The position numbers were made by a program, and so were the translations under genes. A stretch of DNA of 64,000 bases, from assembly GCA_025464005.1 (NCBI GenBank), contig JAODBO010000159.1, positions 9,633-73,632 on the forward strand, written 5' to 3'. The first letter of the stretch is position 1. Each line of letters starts with the position of its first letter. Of the stretch, positions 24,354-33,936 are shown one piece after another. The notes beneath the pieces were generated by a model. That model made no database searches. It saw nothing but the letters and a program-made list of their open reading frames with translations, and was not told where the DNA came from. The stretch comes from Acidimicrobiaceae bacterium (GTDB lineage Bacteria; Actinomycetota; Acidimicrobiia; Acidimicrobiales; Bog-793).

Positions 24354-25649
24354 GTGATGGAATGGGCGCCCGTGCCCTTGACGAACTCCCCCGACGAGCG
24401 CTCCGGCGCCCACAGAGCGCGAGCCACGACACCCGCGACCGCGGCATGGGCCACGTTCGGGGTGTTCGCGGCAGCGGGGATGCTCCTCTCCTCCTGGGTC
24501 TCGCGGATTCCCTCGGTACGCGAAGCGCTCCACGTCGACCCCGCCCAGCTCGGGCTCGTCCTGCTCTCGGCGTCGGTCGGCGCCGTGCTCGCGCTGCCCA
24601 CGGCCGGCCCGATCGTCGGCCGGCTCGGGCCGGCGCTCACGGTCCGGCTCGCTGCGACGCTCGCATGTGCCGGCATGGCCGTCGTGAGCCTGGCCACGAC
24701 GGGACCGATCGCGCTGCTCGCGGCGGGGCTGTTCCTCATCGGCGGTGGCATCGGCATCTGGGACGTAGCCATGAACCTGGAGGGCGCCGCCGTCGAGCGG
24801 GAGCTCGGACGGTCGATCATGCCCCGGTTCCATGCGGGCTACAGCGTCGGCACCGTCGCCGGAGCGCTCGTCGGCGCCGGGGTCGAGGCCGCCGGGGTGT
24901 CGCCGCGGGTTCACCTGCTCGCGGTTGCCGTCGTGCTCGCGGTCCTCGTCCCGCTCATGACCCGCTACTACCTTCCGGTTCCGGCGAGGTCCCTTGCCGA
25001 GCTGCACACGTCGCCGGACTCGCCCCGAAAGTCCCGCAGCGCCTGGCGCGAGCGACGCACCGTGCTGATCGGGCTGTTCGTGCTGACCGTCGCGTTCACC
25101 GAAGGCAGCGCCAACGACTGGCTCGCCGTCGCCACGGTCAGCGGCTACCACCAGTCCGCTTCGTTCGGGTCGTTGATGTTCGGTGACTTCGTCGCCGCGA
25201 TGACGGTCGGCCGTTTCGCGAGCACGCGCCTGCTCGACCGTTTCGGTCGCGTACCCGTCCTGCGAGTGGGCTGCGTCGTCGCCGCGACCGGGGTCGCGTG
25301 CGTCGTGCTCGGTCCCTCGCTCGCCTTCGTCGTCGTCGGCGCGGCCCTGTGGGGCTTCGGCGCCTCCGCCGGCTTCCCGGTAGGCATCAGCGCGGCAGCC
25401 GACGACCCGGCCCGCGGCCACGCGCGCGTCGGCACCGTCGCTTCGATCGCGTACACCGCCTTCCTCGCCGGGCCGCCGCTCGTCGGCTTCCTCGGCAACC
25501 ACTTCGGCGTACGGCACGCGCTCGCGGTCACCGGCGTCATAGCCCTCGTCGGGCTGATGCTGGCGGGCCGTACTGCTCCCGAGGAGCTCGAGCGCCGGTC
25601 CGCCGAACCCGTCACGGCACCTCCCGTCGCCGGTCACCCTGCAGGCTGA
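24354..25649 (+). CDS. MFS transporter
   Basis: About 12 predicted hydrophobic helices, 431 aa, MFS-like loop motifs. Substrate unknown. Confidence 0.8.
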   Translation: MMEWAPVPLTNSPDERSGAHRARATTPATAAWATFGVFAAAGMLLSSWVSRIPSVREALHVDPAQLGLVLLSASVGAVLALPTAGPIVGRLGPALTVRLAATLACAGMAVVSLATTGPIALLAAGLFLIGGGIGIWDVAMNLEGAAVERELGRSIMPRFHAGYSVGTVAGALVGAGVEAAGVSPRVHLLAVAVVLAVLVPLMTRYYLPVPARSLAELHTSPDSPRKSRSAWRERRTVLIGLFVLTVAFTEGSANDWLAVATVSGYHQSASFGSLMFGDFVAAMTVGRFASTRLLDRFGRVPVLRVGCVVAATGVACVVLGPSLAFVVVGAALWGFGASAGFPVGISAAADDPARGHARVGTVASIAYTAFLAGPPLVGFLGNHFGVRHALAVTGVIALVGLMLAGRTAPEELERRSAEPVTAPPVAGHPAG

Positions 25650-25689
25650 TCGGACACACGACGGCGTCCGAGGAGGCGCGGCGCGAGTC

Positions 25690-26595
25690 TCAGCCCGCCG
25701 TGGCCGCTTTGGCCTCGAAACGCCGGAGGGGGGCCGGGACCGTCGCATGCTCGGCCACGAAGGCCTTCGCCATCTGCGCTCCCACCGAGCCGAGCAGCGT
25801 GCTCGACGGTCGGTCGGAGAGGAACGCCCGGAACTGCACGAGGGCGCCCGGCCCGTCGCCTTCGTCGTCGAGCAGCGCGATGCCGTAGAAGGCGCGAGCC
25901 TCGGCGTAGCCGGGCGCATAGCGAACCGCGCTCCCGAGCGTGGCGTCGCCGTCGGCGACGGCGACAGGCGAATGTGCGGCCAGGCCCGCGAGGCGGATGA
26001 ACCACCCCTTGTACGCGAGCGCCTCCGGCTGGTGCGGGGTCTGTCGCAGCACGGTGTCATACACCGATATCGCGTTGCTGAGCTGACCCTCGGACGCGAG
26101 GACCGACGCCTGATCGAGCTCCTGGCGCACCTGAGCCGCGCTGGAGAGCGTCACTGAGCCCGTGGCCGTTGCGCCCGGCAGGCGCACGCCCGCGGCCCGC
26201 GCGGCGACGACCGACACCAGACCGAGTGCACACACGAGGCCCAGGGGGACGAGCACGCGGCGCGTCCCTCTTCGACCGAGGAACCTGCGAGCTCGCCTGC
26301 CCCTTGTGAGCGCCTCGGTCGACGCCGGCTTCTGCTCGCGATGCCCGAAAGGAGGGGTCGCGCTCTGTTCATCCTCGCTCTGGCTCGCCGTGCCAGGGGG
26401 TGTCGCTGCGGCCGAGATCTCGCGAAGCGTCGCGGCCGCTCGCCCGACGTAGCCGGCCCGGAGGGCGGCGTAGTCCGCATCGTCGACGTCGCCTGCGGCG
26501 TGCTCGCGTTCGAGGTCCTCGATGGAGCGGAGGAGGAAGTCCCGCTCCTCGGCGAGGTCGGCGAGCGAGCGGCCGGGCGACACGGGACCGCTCAC
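25690..26595 (-). CDS. CcmI/CycH-like cytochrome c maturation TPR protein
   Basis: Cytoplasmic 'LEREHAAGDVDDADYAALRAGY' segment, one TM helix, and periplasmic TPR-like repeats. GTGA-coupled to ccmH. Confidence 0.6.
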   Translation of the reverse strand: MSGPVSPGRSLADLAEERDFLLRSIEDLEREHAAGDVDDADYAALRAGYVGRAAATLREISAAATPPGTASQSEDEQSATPPFGHREQKPASTEALTRGRRARRFLGRRGTRRVLVPLGLVCALGLVSVVAARAAGVRLPGATATGSVTLSSAAQVRQELDQASVLASEGQLSNAISVYDTVLRQTPHQPEALAYKGWFIRLAGLAAHSPVAVADGDATLGSAVRYAPGYAEARAFYGIALLDDEGDGPGALVQFRAFLSDRPSSTLLGSVGAQMAKAFVAEHATVPAPLRRFEAKAATAG

Positions 26596-27200
26596 CGGTC
26601 CCGGTCCCCCGCGTCCACGCTGCGCCCGTCGAGGCCGTTGAGATCCCGGCCAAACGGGTCGTCGAGGGAGGCGTTCGCGCCGTTGCGGGTCCCCGCTCGG
26701 GAGCGACCGGCGATGGCCGCGACGACGATCGCCTCATCCTCGCTCCCCGGAGCGCTCTCGTAAGAGCCGCTCCTCCGGCGGGAGAGCGCGACGCCGAGAG
26801 CCAGCACCGCGACCGCGCCTCCTGCGATCGGAAGCAACCAGATCACGGGGCTGGTGGGCCGGAGCAGCCCGTCGGTGCCGAACTGGGCCACCACGTACTT
26901 CTCGATCTGCGCGTCGGTCCGGCCGGCGTCGACGAGCTCGACCACCTTGGCCCGCAGGTTGCGAGCCTGCTGCGCGTTGGAGCCCGCGATCGACACGTCC
27001 TCGCAGACGGGGCACTTGATGACGCTGTCGAGGTACCTGATCCGATCCGCGCGAGTCGTCGAGCCCGAGTGCGTGCTTCCGAACACGAGCGCGCCGGCCA
27101 CGACCAGGGCGAGCAGCATCCAGCTCCACCGGCTCGTCAGCGCGAAGCCGGCCCGACGGTTGCGAGAGCGTGCCGCCGGCGCGAGCGTCGCCGCGCTCAT
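26592..27200 (-). CDS. ccmH: cytochrome c-type biogenesis protein CcmH
   Basis: 'IKCPVCEDVSIAGSNAQQARNLRAKV' is the CcmH CxxC motif. It has a signal anchor and a C-terminal TM helix. Confidence 0.85.
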   Translation of the reverse strand: MSAATLAPAARSRNRRAGFALTSRWSWMLLALVVAGALVFGSTHSGSTTRADRIRYLDSVIKCPVCEDVSIAGSNAQQARNLRAKVVELVDAGRTDAQIEKYVVAQFGTDGLLRPTSPVIWLLPIAGGAVAVLALGVALSRRRSGSYESAPGSEDEAIVVAAIAGRSRAGTRNGANASLDDPFGRDLNGLDGRSVDAGDRDR

Positions 27201-27844
27201 CTAGACCTCGCTCGGGCCACTTCGATCAGGTGGTCGAGGGTCGTCGCGCTGACGCCGCCGACGATGGCGGCGACGACCTTGCCGTTCGGTGCGATGAGGA
27301 ACGACTCCGGCGGGTCCCCGACCCCGTAGGCGAGCGAGATGCTCCGGGCGCCGCTCGGATCCTCGATCGACGGCCACGTCGCGCCGTACTGCTCGAGGAA
27401 TGCCCTCCCGTCGCTCGCGTTCTCGGCGATGTCGACACCGAGCGCAGCGACGTCGTGCGCTCGCGCATGGCGGAACAGGAACTGCTCGATCTGGGGGACC
27501 TCGGCCTGGCAGGGCACGCACCAGCTCGCGAAGAAGTCGACGAGGACGTACCTGCCGCGCAGCGCCGCGAGGCTCACGCGCTCACCACCGACGAGAGCTC
27601 GGCCGGCGACCGGCGGCGCCAGCTTGCCGCCGAGCGGCGTGTAGACGGCGGATCCGGGAGGTGTCGAGCGAGTGGCGAGGACGGCGACGAGAACGGCGAC
27701 GACGACGCCGACTGCGAGCGACGCATACAGCGCGCGACGTCTCCGGCGGCGGCGCGACCCCGGTCGGCCCGCGGTGGCGTAGGTGTCCGGCGACTGGGGC
27801 TCCGATTGGGGAAGGAGCTGCTCCTTTGGCGCGTCGAGCGTCAT
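27197..27844 (-). CDS. ccmG: thiol:disulfide oxidoreductase CcmG/DsbE (TlpA/ResA-like)
   Basis: N-terminal TM helix and thioredoxin fold with 'VLVDFFASWCVPCQAEVP'. ATGA overlaps with both ccmF and ccmH. It is the 3' part of the 793-aa shadow ORF. Confidence 0.85.
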   Translation of the reverse strand: MTLDAPKEQLLPQSEPQSPDTYATAGRPGSRRRRRRRALYASLAVGVVVAVLVAVLATRSTPPGSAVYTPLGGKLAPPVAGRALVGGERVSLAALRGRYVLVDFFASWCVPCQAEVPQIEQFLFRHARAHDVAALGVDIAENASDGRAFLEQYGATWPSIEDPSGARSISLAYGVGDPPESFLIAPNGKVVAAIVGGVSATTLDHLIEVARARSR

Positions 27845-29841
27845 GTCACGATCCCGGCCGGCACGGGAAGGTCGTCCGCGATCTCGGGGATCGGCACCGA
27901 CACCGGGTCCGTCGGACGGCGGCGGCGGCCGGGCAGTGCCGCGAGGACAGCGCCACCGGCGGTGACCGCCCCACCCACCCACAGCCAGAGCACCAGCGGC
28001 TGGACGTAGATGTCGACGGTCACTGCCTGTCCCGGACGCGGCGAGGCGGGCGCGTAGCCGATGCTCAGGTAGACGTCGTCGACGAGCGAGGAGTCCACTG
28101 CGGGGATGTCGGTGCCCTGCGCGCTGCCGTTGAAGCTGCCGATGCCCGGCGAGAAGGGCGCACCGTCCACGCGAAACTGGGCCTCGTAGGCCTTCTCGCT
28201 CGGGATCGTCACCTGCCGCCAGCCGACGAAGGTGAGCGCGTGGCCGTCGAAGCGCAGAGTCTCGCCCGGCCGAAAGCTCCGCTCGGTGCTGTGGGCGAAG
28301 GACGTCGCCGCGGTGAGCCCGACCGCGATCAGCACGACGCCGATGTGCACGACCATCCCGCCGTTCGCCCTGCCCACCACACCCCGCCACGCCCCGTAGC
28401 CGTGGCGGTGCGAGACGATCGCCGCGAGGACGAGCTGGCGGCCCGCGACCGCGGCGGCGAACGCTCCGAGGCCGAAGGCGAGCAACGGCGTGAGCCCACG
28501 GATGCCTCCCGCGACGCAGGCGACGAGCACGAGCGCGGCGATCCAGGCCGGCACCGCTAAGCGGCGCCGCAGCACCCCCGGCGCCGCCTTGCGCCACGGC
28601 AGCACGGGGGCGACCGACATGAAGAACAGCAGAGCTATCCCGAGCGGCACGGTGAAGGCGTCGAAGAACGGCCGGCCGATGCTGAGCGACTGATTGTTGA
28701 TCGCCTGGACGAACAGCGGGAAGACCGTCCCGAGCAGCACGACGGCGGCGAATGCGGCGAAGAGGAGGTTGTTCACGAGGAACGCGCCCTCGCGTGACGC
28801 CGGCGCGTCGATCGAGCCCGGTGAGCGGAGACGGTCGCCACGCCATCCGATGAGGCCGACCCCGACGGCGACGATCGCGGCGAAGAGCCCGATGAGCGCC
28901 GGGCCGATGCCCGAGTTGGAGAAGGAGTGGACCGATTGGGTGACGCCGGAGCGGGTGAGGAACGTCCCGAGGATCGTCAGTGCGAACGTCGCGACGAGCA
29001 ACGAGAGGTTCCAGACGCGCAGCAGGCCGCGGCGCTCCTGGACCATCGCCGAGTGGAGGTACGCGGTCGCCGTGAGCCACGGCAGCAGCGCGGCGTTCTC
29101 CACCGGATCCCAACCCCAGAAACCTCCCCAGCCGAGCTCCTGGTACGACCACCAGGCGCCGAGCACGATGCCGATGGTGAGGAACGCCCACGCGAACAGC
29201 GTGAACCGGCGGGTCTCCGTGAGCCAGCCCTCGCCGACCCGACCAGTCACGAGGGAGCCGACGGCGAAGGCGAACGGGATCGTGAAGCCCACGAAGCCCA
29301 GGTAGAGAAAGACGGGGTGGAAGGCGATGAGGAGGTTGTCCTGGAGCAGGGCGTTCGGGCCCGTCCCGTCGTGGGGAATTGCGCCGACCGTCGCCGCGAA
29401 GGGATCGGACGGCCCAAGCATCAACGCGAAGAAGAACGCCGCCACGACGAGCGCCACGATCGTCGCCCATCCCACGACCGGATCGGAAGCTCGGTGACGG
29501 AAGCGGTGCGCGGCGTACGCGATGTAGCCGGAGAGGATCAACGACCAGAGCAGGATCGATCCCTGGAGCGCCGACCACATCCCGGTGATGCTGTAGAGCA
29601 GCGGGGTCTCACGGGAGTTGTTGTCGGCGACGAATGCGAGACTGAAGTCGTGCGCGAGCAGCGCGTGCTCCATCGCCACGGTGGCGAGCACCATGCCGCC
29701 GACCATGAGGTACGCGTAGGCCCTCGAGCGAGCCAGCAGCTCGGGCCGGCGGGTCGCGAGACCGAGCGCCAGCGTCGCCACGCCCGCACAGGCCGCGAGT
29801 AGGGAGAGGATCACTCCGGCATGGCCGAGCGCCCCGTTCAC
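27841..29841 (-). CDS. ccmF: cytochrome c heme lyase subunit CcmF
   Basis: 666-aa polytopic protein with the WWD motif 'WGGFWGWDPVENAALLPW'. Confidence 0.95.
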   Translation of the reverse strand: MNGALGHAGVILSLLAACAGVATLALGLATRRPELLARSRAYAYLMVGGMVLATVAMEHALLAHDFSLAFVADNNSRETPLLYSITGMWSALQGSILLWSLILSGYIAYAAHRFRHRASDPVVGWATIVALVVAAFFFALMLGPSDPFAATVGAIPHDGTGPNALLQDNLLIAFHPVFLYLGFVGFTIPFAFAVGSLVTGRVGEGWLTETRRFTLFAWAFLTIGIVLGAWWSYQELGWGGFWGWDPVENAALLPWLTATAYLHSAMVQERRGLLRVWNLSLLVATFALTILGTFLTRSGVTQSVHSFSNSGIGPALIGLFAAIVAVGVGLIGWRGDRLRSPGSIDAPASREGAFLVNNLLFAAFAAVVLLGTVFPLFVQAINNQSLSIGRPFFDAFTVPLGIALLFFMSVAPVLPWRKAAPGVLRRRLAVPAWIAALVLVACVAGGIRGLTPLLAFGLGAFAAAVAGRQLVLAAIVSHRHGYGAWRGVVGRANGGMVVHIGVVLIAVGLTAATSFAHSTERSFRPGETLRFDGHALTFVGWRQVTIPSEKAYEAQFRVDGAPFSPGIGSFNGSAQGTDIPAVDSSLVDDVYLSIGYAPASPRPGQAVTVDIYVQPLVLWLWVGGAVTAGGAVLAALPGRRRRPTDPVSVPIPEIADDLPVPAGIVT

Positions 29842-29899
29842 GGGCTGCTCCGCGGCGGATCGCCCGGGCCCGTTGCGACCTCCGGCAGACGAGCCTCGC

Positions 29900-30400
29900 T
29901 CACTTCACGACCTTGCCCGTCGGCCCTTTCACCCGGTTGGGGTGTGCGGCGATGTACGCGTTCGAGTGCTTGACGAGGATCTGGTCCGAGGAGAATGTGT
30001 CGCTCGATCCGACGAAATGGCCCACGAGCACGACCGGTACGTTGGCCTGGAACAGCTGCGGCGGAGCGCCGGAGTTGTGCACGGGCACCTTCACCCCTCC
30101 GGACTCGATGGTGAAGTCGAGCACGTCGGCGCCGCGCCGCTGCACCGTGCCGGGGACCACGACGCCCTCCAGCTGGAACGTCGACGTCCCGAGCTGAGCT
30201 CGGGCCGCGACGGCCTCGTTGGCAGTCTTGAAGTACACGATGGCCGACGTCAGCGCCTTGTAGAGCAGGAAGCCGAGCGCCGCGGCGAGCACGAAGGCGA
30301 CGACCCACAGGCGCCGCCTCGTGCGCCGCGAGCTCGCCGCTCGTGCCGCCGCGCCGGCCGGCGAGAGCGTCGACGGCACGGCCGGTGCCGTGACGGTCAT
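29900..30400 (-). CDS. ccmE: heme chaperone CcmE
   Basis: TM anchor, 'IVYFKTANE', 'FQLEGVV', and heme-binding 'VKHSNAY' (HxxxY). ATG at 30400 chosen within the 334-aa track ORF. Confidence 0.9.
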   Translation of the reverse strand: MTVTAPAVPSTLSPAGAAARAASSRRTRRRLWVVAFVLAAALGFLLYKALTSAIVYFKTANEAVAARAQLGTSTFQLEGVVVPGTVQRRGADVLDFTIESGGVKVPVHNSGAPPQLFQANVPVVLVGHFVGSSDTFSSDQILVKHSNAYIAAHPNRVKGPTGKVVK

Positions 30401-30600
30401 GAGCTCGCCGCGGCCGGGGATCCCGGCTCGTCGGACACTGGAGCGGCGGGCGCAGGACCGTCCTCGGGCGAATCGACGCGAGAGTCCTCCGTCGGTGTCA
30501 AACGGCGCCGAGCGCCGCGCTCGCGGGCGACGAGCGTCACCGCATAGGCCGCGAGTGTCCCGAGTCCGACGACGTAGCCGGACTCGACGTAACCGTTCAC
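30397..30600 (-). CDS. ccmD: heme exporter protein CcmD-like small membrane protein
   Basis: 67 aa with a single TM helix ('YVVGLGTLAAYAVTLV'), positioned between ccmC and ccmE with 4-bp overlaps on both sides. Confidence 0.55.
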   Translation of the reverse strand: MNGYVESGYVVGLGTLAAYAVTLVARERGARRRLTPTEDSRVDSPEDGPAPAAPVSDEPGSPAAASS

Positions 30601-31436
30601 CTGGAGGGGACCTGGGACTCGGCACGGCGCTCCTCGATCGCGAGGGCGAGCCCCTCACCCTCCTCGCGCTCTGCGAGGCCGAAAAGGCGGTAGCGGTGTA
30701 CGAGCAGCCAGACGTAGACGAGCGTGAACGAGACGAAGCTGAGCAGGAGCGTCCAGGCCATCGAGCCGTGGATGTAGGTCTTCCCGTTGACCGGGTCGTC
30801 GACGCTCGGCGCCTGGTGGAGGCTGCGCCACCACAGGACGGAGAAGTAGCAGATCGGCACGTCGACGAAGGCGATGAGCGCCGCGATGGCCGAGCGCCGG
30901 GCACGGACCTCGGAGTCGCCGGGGATCCTACGCACCGCGAGGTAGCCGAGATAGAGGACGAAGAGCAGAGCGGTGGTGGTGAGCAACGGATCCCAGGTCC
31001 ACCAGGCGCCCCACGTGGGCCTTCCCCAGATCGACCCCGTTACGAGTGTCAGTCCGGTGAAGACGACGCCGACCTCGCTCGAGGCTCCCGCCAGCTTGTC
31101 CCAACGCAGCGACCGTGTCCGCGGCCACAGGTAGAGCAGGCTCGACAGGAACGCCACGCCGTAGGCGACGTACATCACCCAGGCGATCGAGGGATGCAGG
31201 TAGAGGAGGCGGACGAGGTTCCCCATGAACTGGTCAGGCGGCGTGACCCACAGCCCGAGCCAGACGGTGGCGACGACGCCCACGAGAGCCACGGCGCCGA
31301 CGAGTCGCAGCACGAGCGCGGACCTCGAACGGCCCGTCTCGGCGGGCGGGCGCGCTGACGTGGACGTTCCAGACTCGGCGGGCGCGCCGGGGGGCGGTGC
31401 TGAATCGAGTCCGACGGGTGTCGTTACGAGGCTCAT
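30597..31436 (-). CDS. ccmC: heme exporter protein CcmC
   Basis: WWD motif '[14 protein letters not shown]' in a polytopic membrane protein. Confidence 0.9.
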   Translation of the reverse strand: MSLVTTPVGLDSAPPPGAPAESGTSTSARPPAETGRSRSALVLRLVGAVALVGVVATVWLGLWVTPPDQFMGNLVRLLYLHPSIAWVMYVAYGVAFLSSLLYLWPRTRSLRWDKLAGASSEVGVVFTGLTLVTGSIWGRPTWGAWWTWDPLLTTTALLFVLYLGYLAVRRIPGDSEVRARRSAIAALIAFVDVPICYFSVLWWRSLHQAPSVDDPVNGKTYIHGSMAWTLLLSFVSFTLVYVWLLVHRYRLFGLAEREEGEGLALAIEERRAESQVPSR

Positions 31437-32110
31437 GCGTCCTCCAGTAGGGGGCCGAAGGCGACCGTCCCGATGGCAAGGTAGGCGACGGCGAACACCG
31501 CGAGCACGTCGAGCCAGCCGAGCCCATGGCCCGGCGAGCCCGAGAGCGCCGCGTCCCAGGCCTTTGTAGCTGCGAGGAGCACCGGGGCGACCATGGGGAA
31601 GAACAGCAGCGGGAGCAGGGTCTCGCGCTGGCGAGCGCCGAGCGAGACGACACCGTACACGGTCCCGATCGAGACGAGACCGACAGTGGCGACGACGCAG
31701 CTCCCGGCCAGAAGGAGGCCTCCCTCGAGGTGGCGGTCGTAGAGCAGCGACGAGACGAGTGCGAGGACGAGCTCGAGGACGAGGAGCTGGCAGCCGATCG
31801 CGGCGGCCTTGCCGACGAAGATCCCGGCCGGGTCCAGGCCCGACAGCCGCAACCCGTCGCTCGCGTCGTCGACCGCCTCGACGGCAAAGCTCCGCTGGAC
31901 GGCGAGCACCGTCGCGAGCAGGACGGCGATCCAGAACAAGCCCGGCTCGGCGCTGAACAGCACCGACCCGCGGCCCACCCCCGGACCGAGAGCGAGACCG
32001 AACAGCAGGAGCACCACGAGAGCGAAGGGCACGACCTGGCCGAGGCCGACCTTCGAGCGCAGCTCGATCTTCAGGTCCTTGCCCGCGACGAGCAGCGCGT
32101 CACGCCACAT
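31433..32110 (-). CDS. ccmB: heme exporter permease CcmB
   Basis: 'LVAGKDLKIELRSK' N-terminus and six hydrophobic helices. ATG at 32110 chosen; the track ORF extends to 32221 through the PQ repeat. Confidence 0.85.
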   Translation of the reverse strand: MWRDALLVAGKDLKIELRSKVGLGQVVPFALVVLLLFGLALGPGVGRGSVLFSAEPGLFWIAVLLATVLAVQRSFAVEAVDDASDGLRLSGLDPAGIFVGKAAAIGCQLLVLELVLALVSSLLYDRHLEGGLLLAGSCVVATVGLVSIGTVYGVVSLGARQRETLLPLLFFPMVAPVLLAATKAWDAALSGSPGHGLGWLDVLAVFAVAYLAIGTVAFGPLLEDA

Positions 32111-32834
32111 CGCAGCCCTCCGCCAACGAGACCGGCGCGCGTGCCTCGTCGCATCCGCGCACGCTGTCTGCTGGGGCTGGGGCTGGGGCTGGGGCTGGGG
32201 CAACGACTCTCCCGCCGGCAAGCGCGACGACGCGATCCGCGAGGCGATCGGCCCGATCGAGCTCGTGCGAGGCGAGGACTACCGTCGCCCCGTCGCTCCG
32301 CGCCCCGACGACGAGCTCGTCGAGCAGCTCGCGCCCCTCGGCGTCGAGCCCGGCATGGGGCTCGTCGAGCAGCCACAGCCTGGGCCGCCGCGCCGCCAGG
32401 ACGGCGATCGCGGTTCTGCGCCGCTGGCCAGCCGACAGCCGTCCGACCCGCGTCCCGCGCAGCCTTCCGTCCAGGCCCAGAAGCGCGAGCGCGCGGTCGA
32501 CGCCTGCGGGGTCCGAGCGCGAGGCGCGGACCGCGAAGCGCAGGTTGTCCACGACCGAGAGGTCGTCGTAGAGGAAGCTCGAGTGCGCCAGCAGGCCGAC
32601 CTCCCGGCGCACCGTCTGCCGGTCGGCGGTCAGGTCGTGACCGAGGACAACGGCAGTGCCCGAGGAGACGGCGACCAGCCCGGCGCACAGGCGGAGAAGG
32701 CTCGACTTCCCGGCGCCGTTCGGGCCGCGAAGGTGCACGACCTCACCCTCCGCGACCTCGAAGGTCACACCGGCAAGGAGAGGAAATCGACCTGAGAGCG
32801 ATACCGCCTCGCGAAGGCTGATGACTGGGCCCAT
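32100..32834 (-). CDS. ccmA: heme ABC exporter ATP-binding protein CcmA
   Basis: Walker A 'GPNGAGKSS', signature 'LSAGQRRR', Walker B 'LWLLDEP'. The C-terminal extension contains (AP)5. Confidence 0.9.
   Translation of the reverse strand: MGPVISLREAVSLSGRFPLLAGVTFEVAEGEVVHLRGPNGAGKSSLLRLCAGLVAVSSGTAVVLGHDLTADRQTVRREVGLLAHSSFLYDDLSVVDNLRFAVRASRSDPAGVDRALALLGLDGRLRGTRVGRLSAGQRRRTAIAVLAARRPRLWLLDEPHAGLDAEGRELLDELVVGARSDGATVVLASHELDRADRLADRVVALAGGRVVAPAPAPAPAPADSVRGCDEARAPVSLAEGCDVA
32171..32200. repeat. (CTGGGG)5 hexanucleotide tandem repeat
   Basis: Read directly from the sequence. It encodes (AP)5 in the ccmA C-terminal extension, or (PQ)5 in the alternative upstream frame of ccmB. Confidence 0.9.
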
Positions 32835-32910
32835 GGAAACGCACAATGCTAGGGGCGATCGGTCCACCAACACCAAGCGAACCCGCGAAGCACTTATGCG
32901 ACGGTTGCCG

Positions 32911-33882
<972 letters not shown>

Positions 33883-33936
33883 CTAGGGCCTGAGCGGCGG
33901 CGCCGCAAGGATGGGACAGCCTCCCGACCCGCTACG

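Noticed and set aside
27197-29578. 793-aa minus-strand ORF overlapping ccmF
   Set aside because: It is out of frame with the clearly genuine CcmF. Only its last 215 codons (CcmG, from the ATG at 27844) are real.
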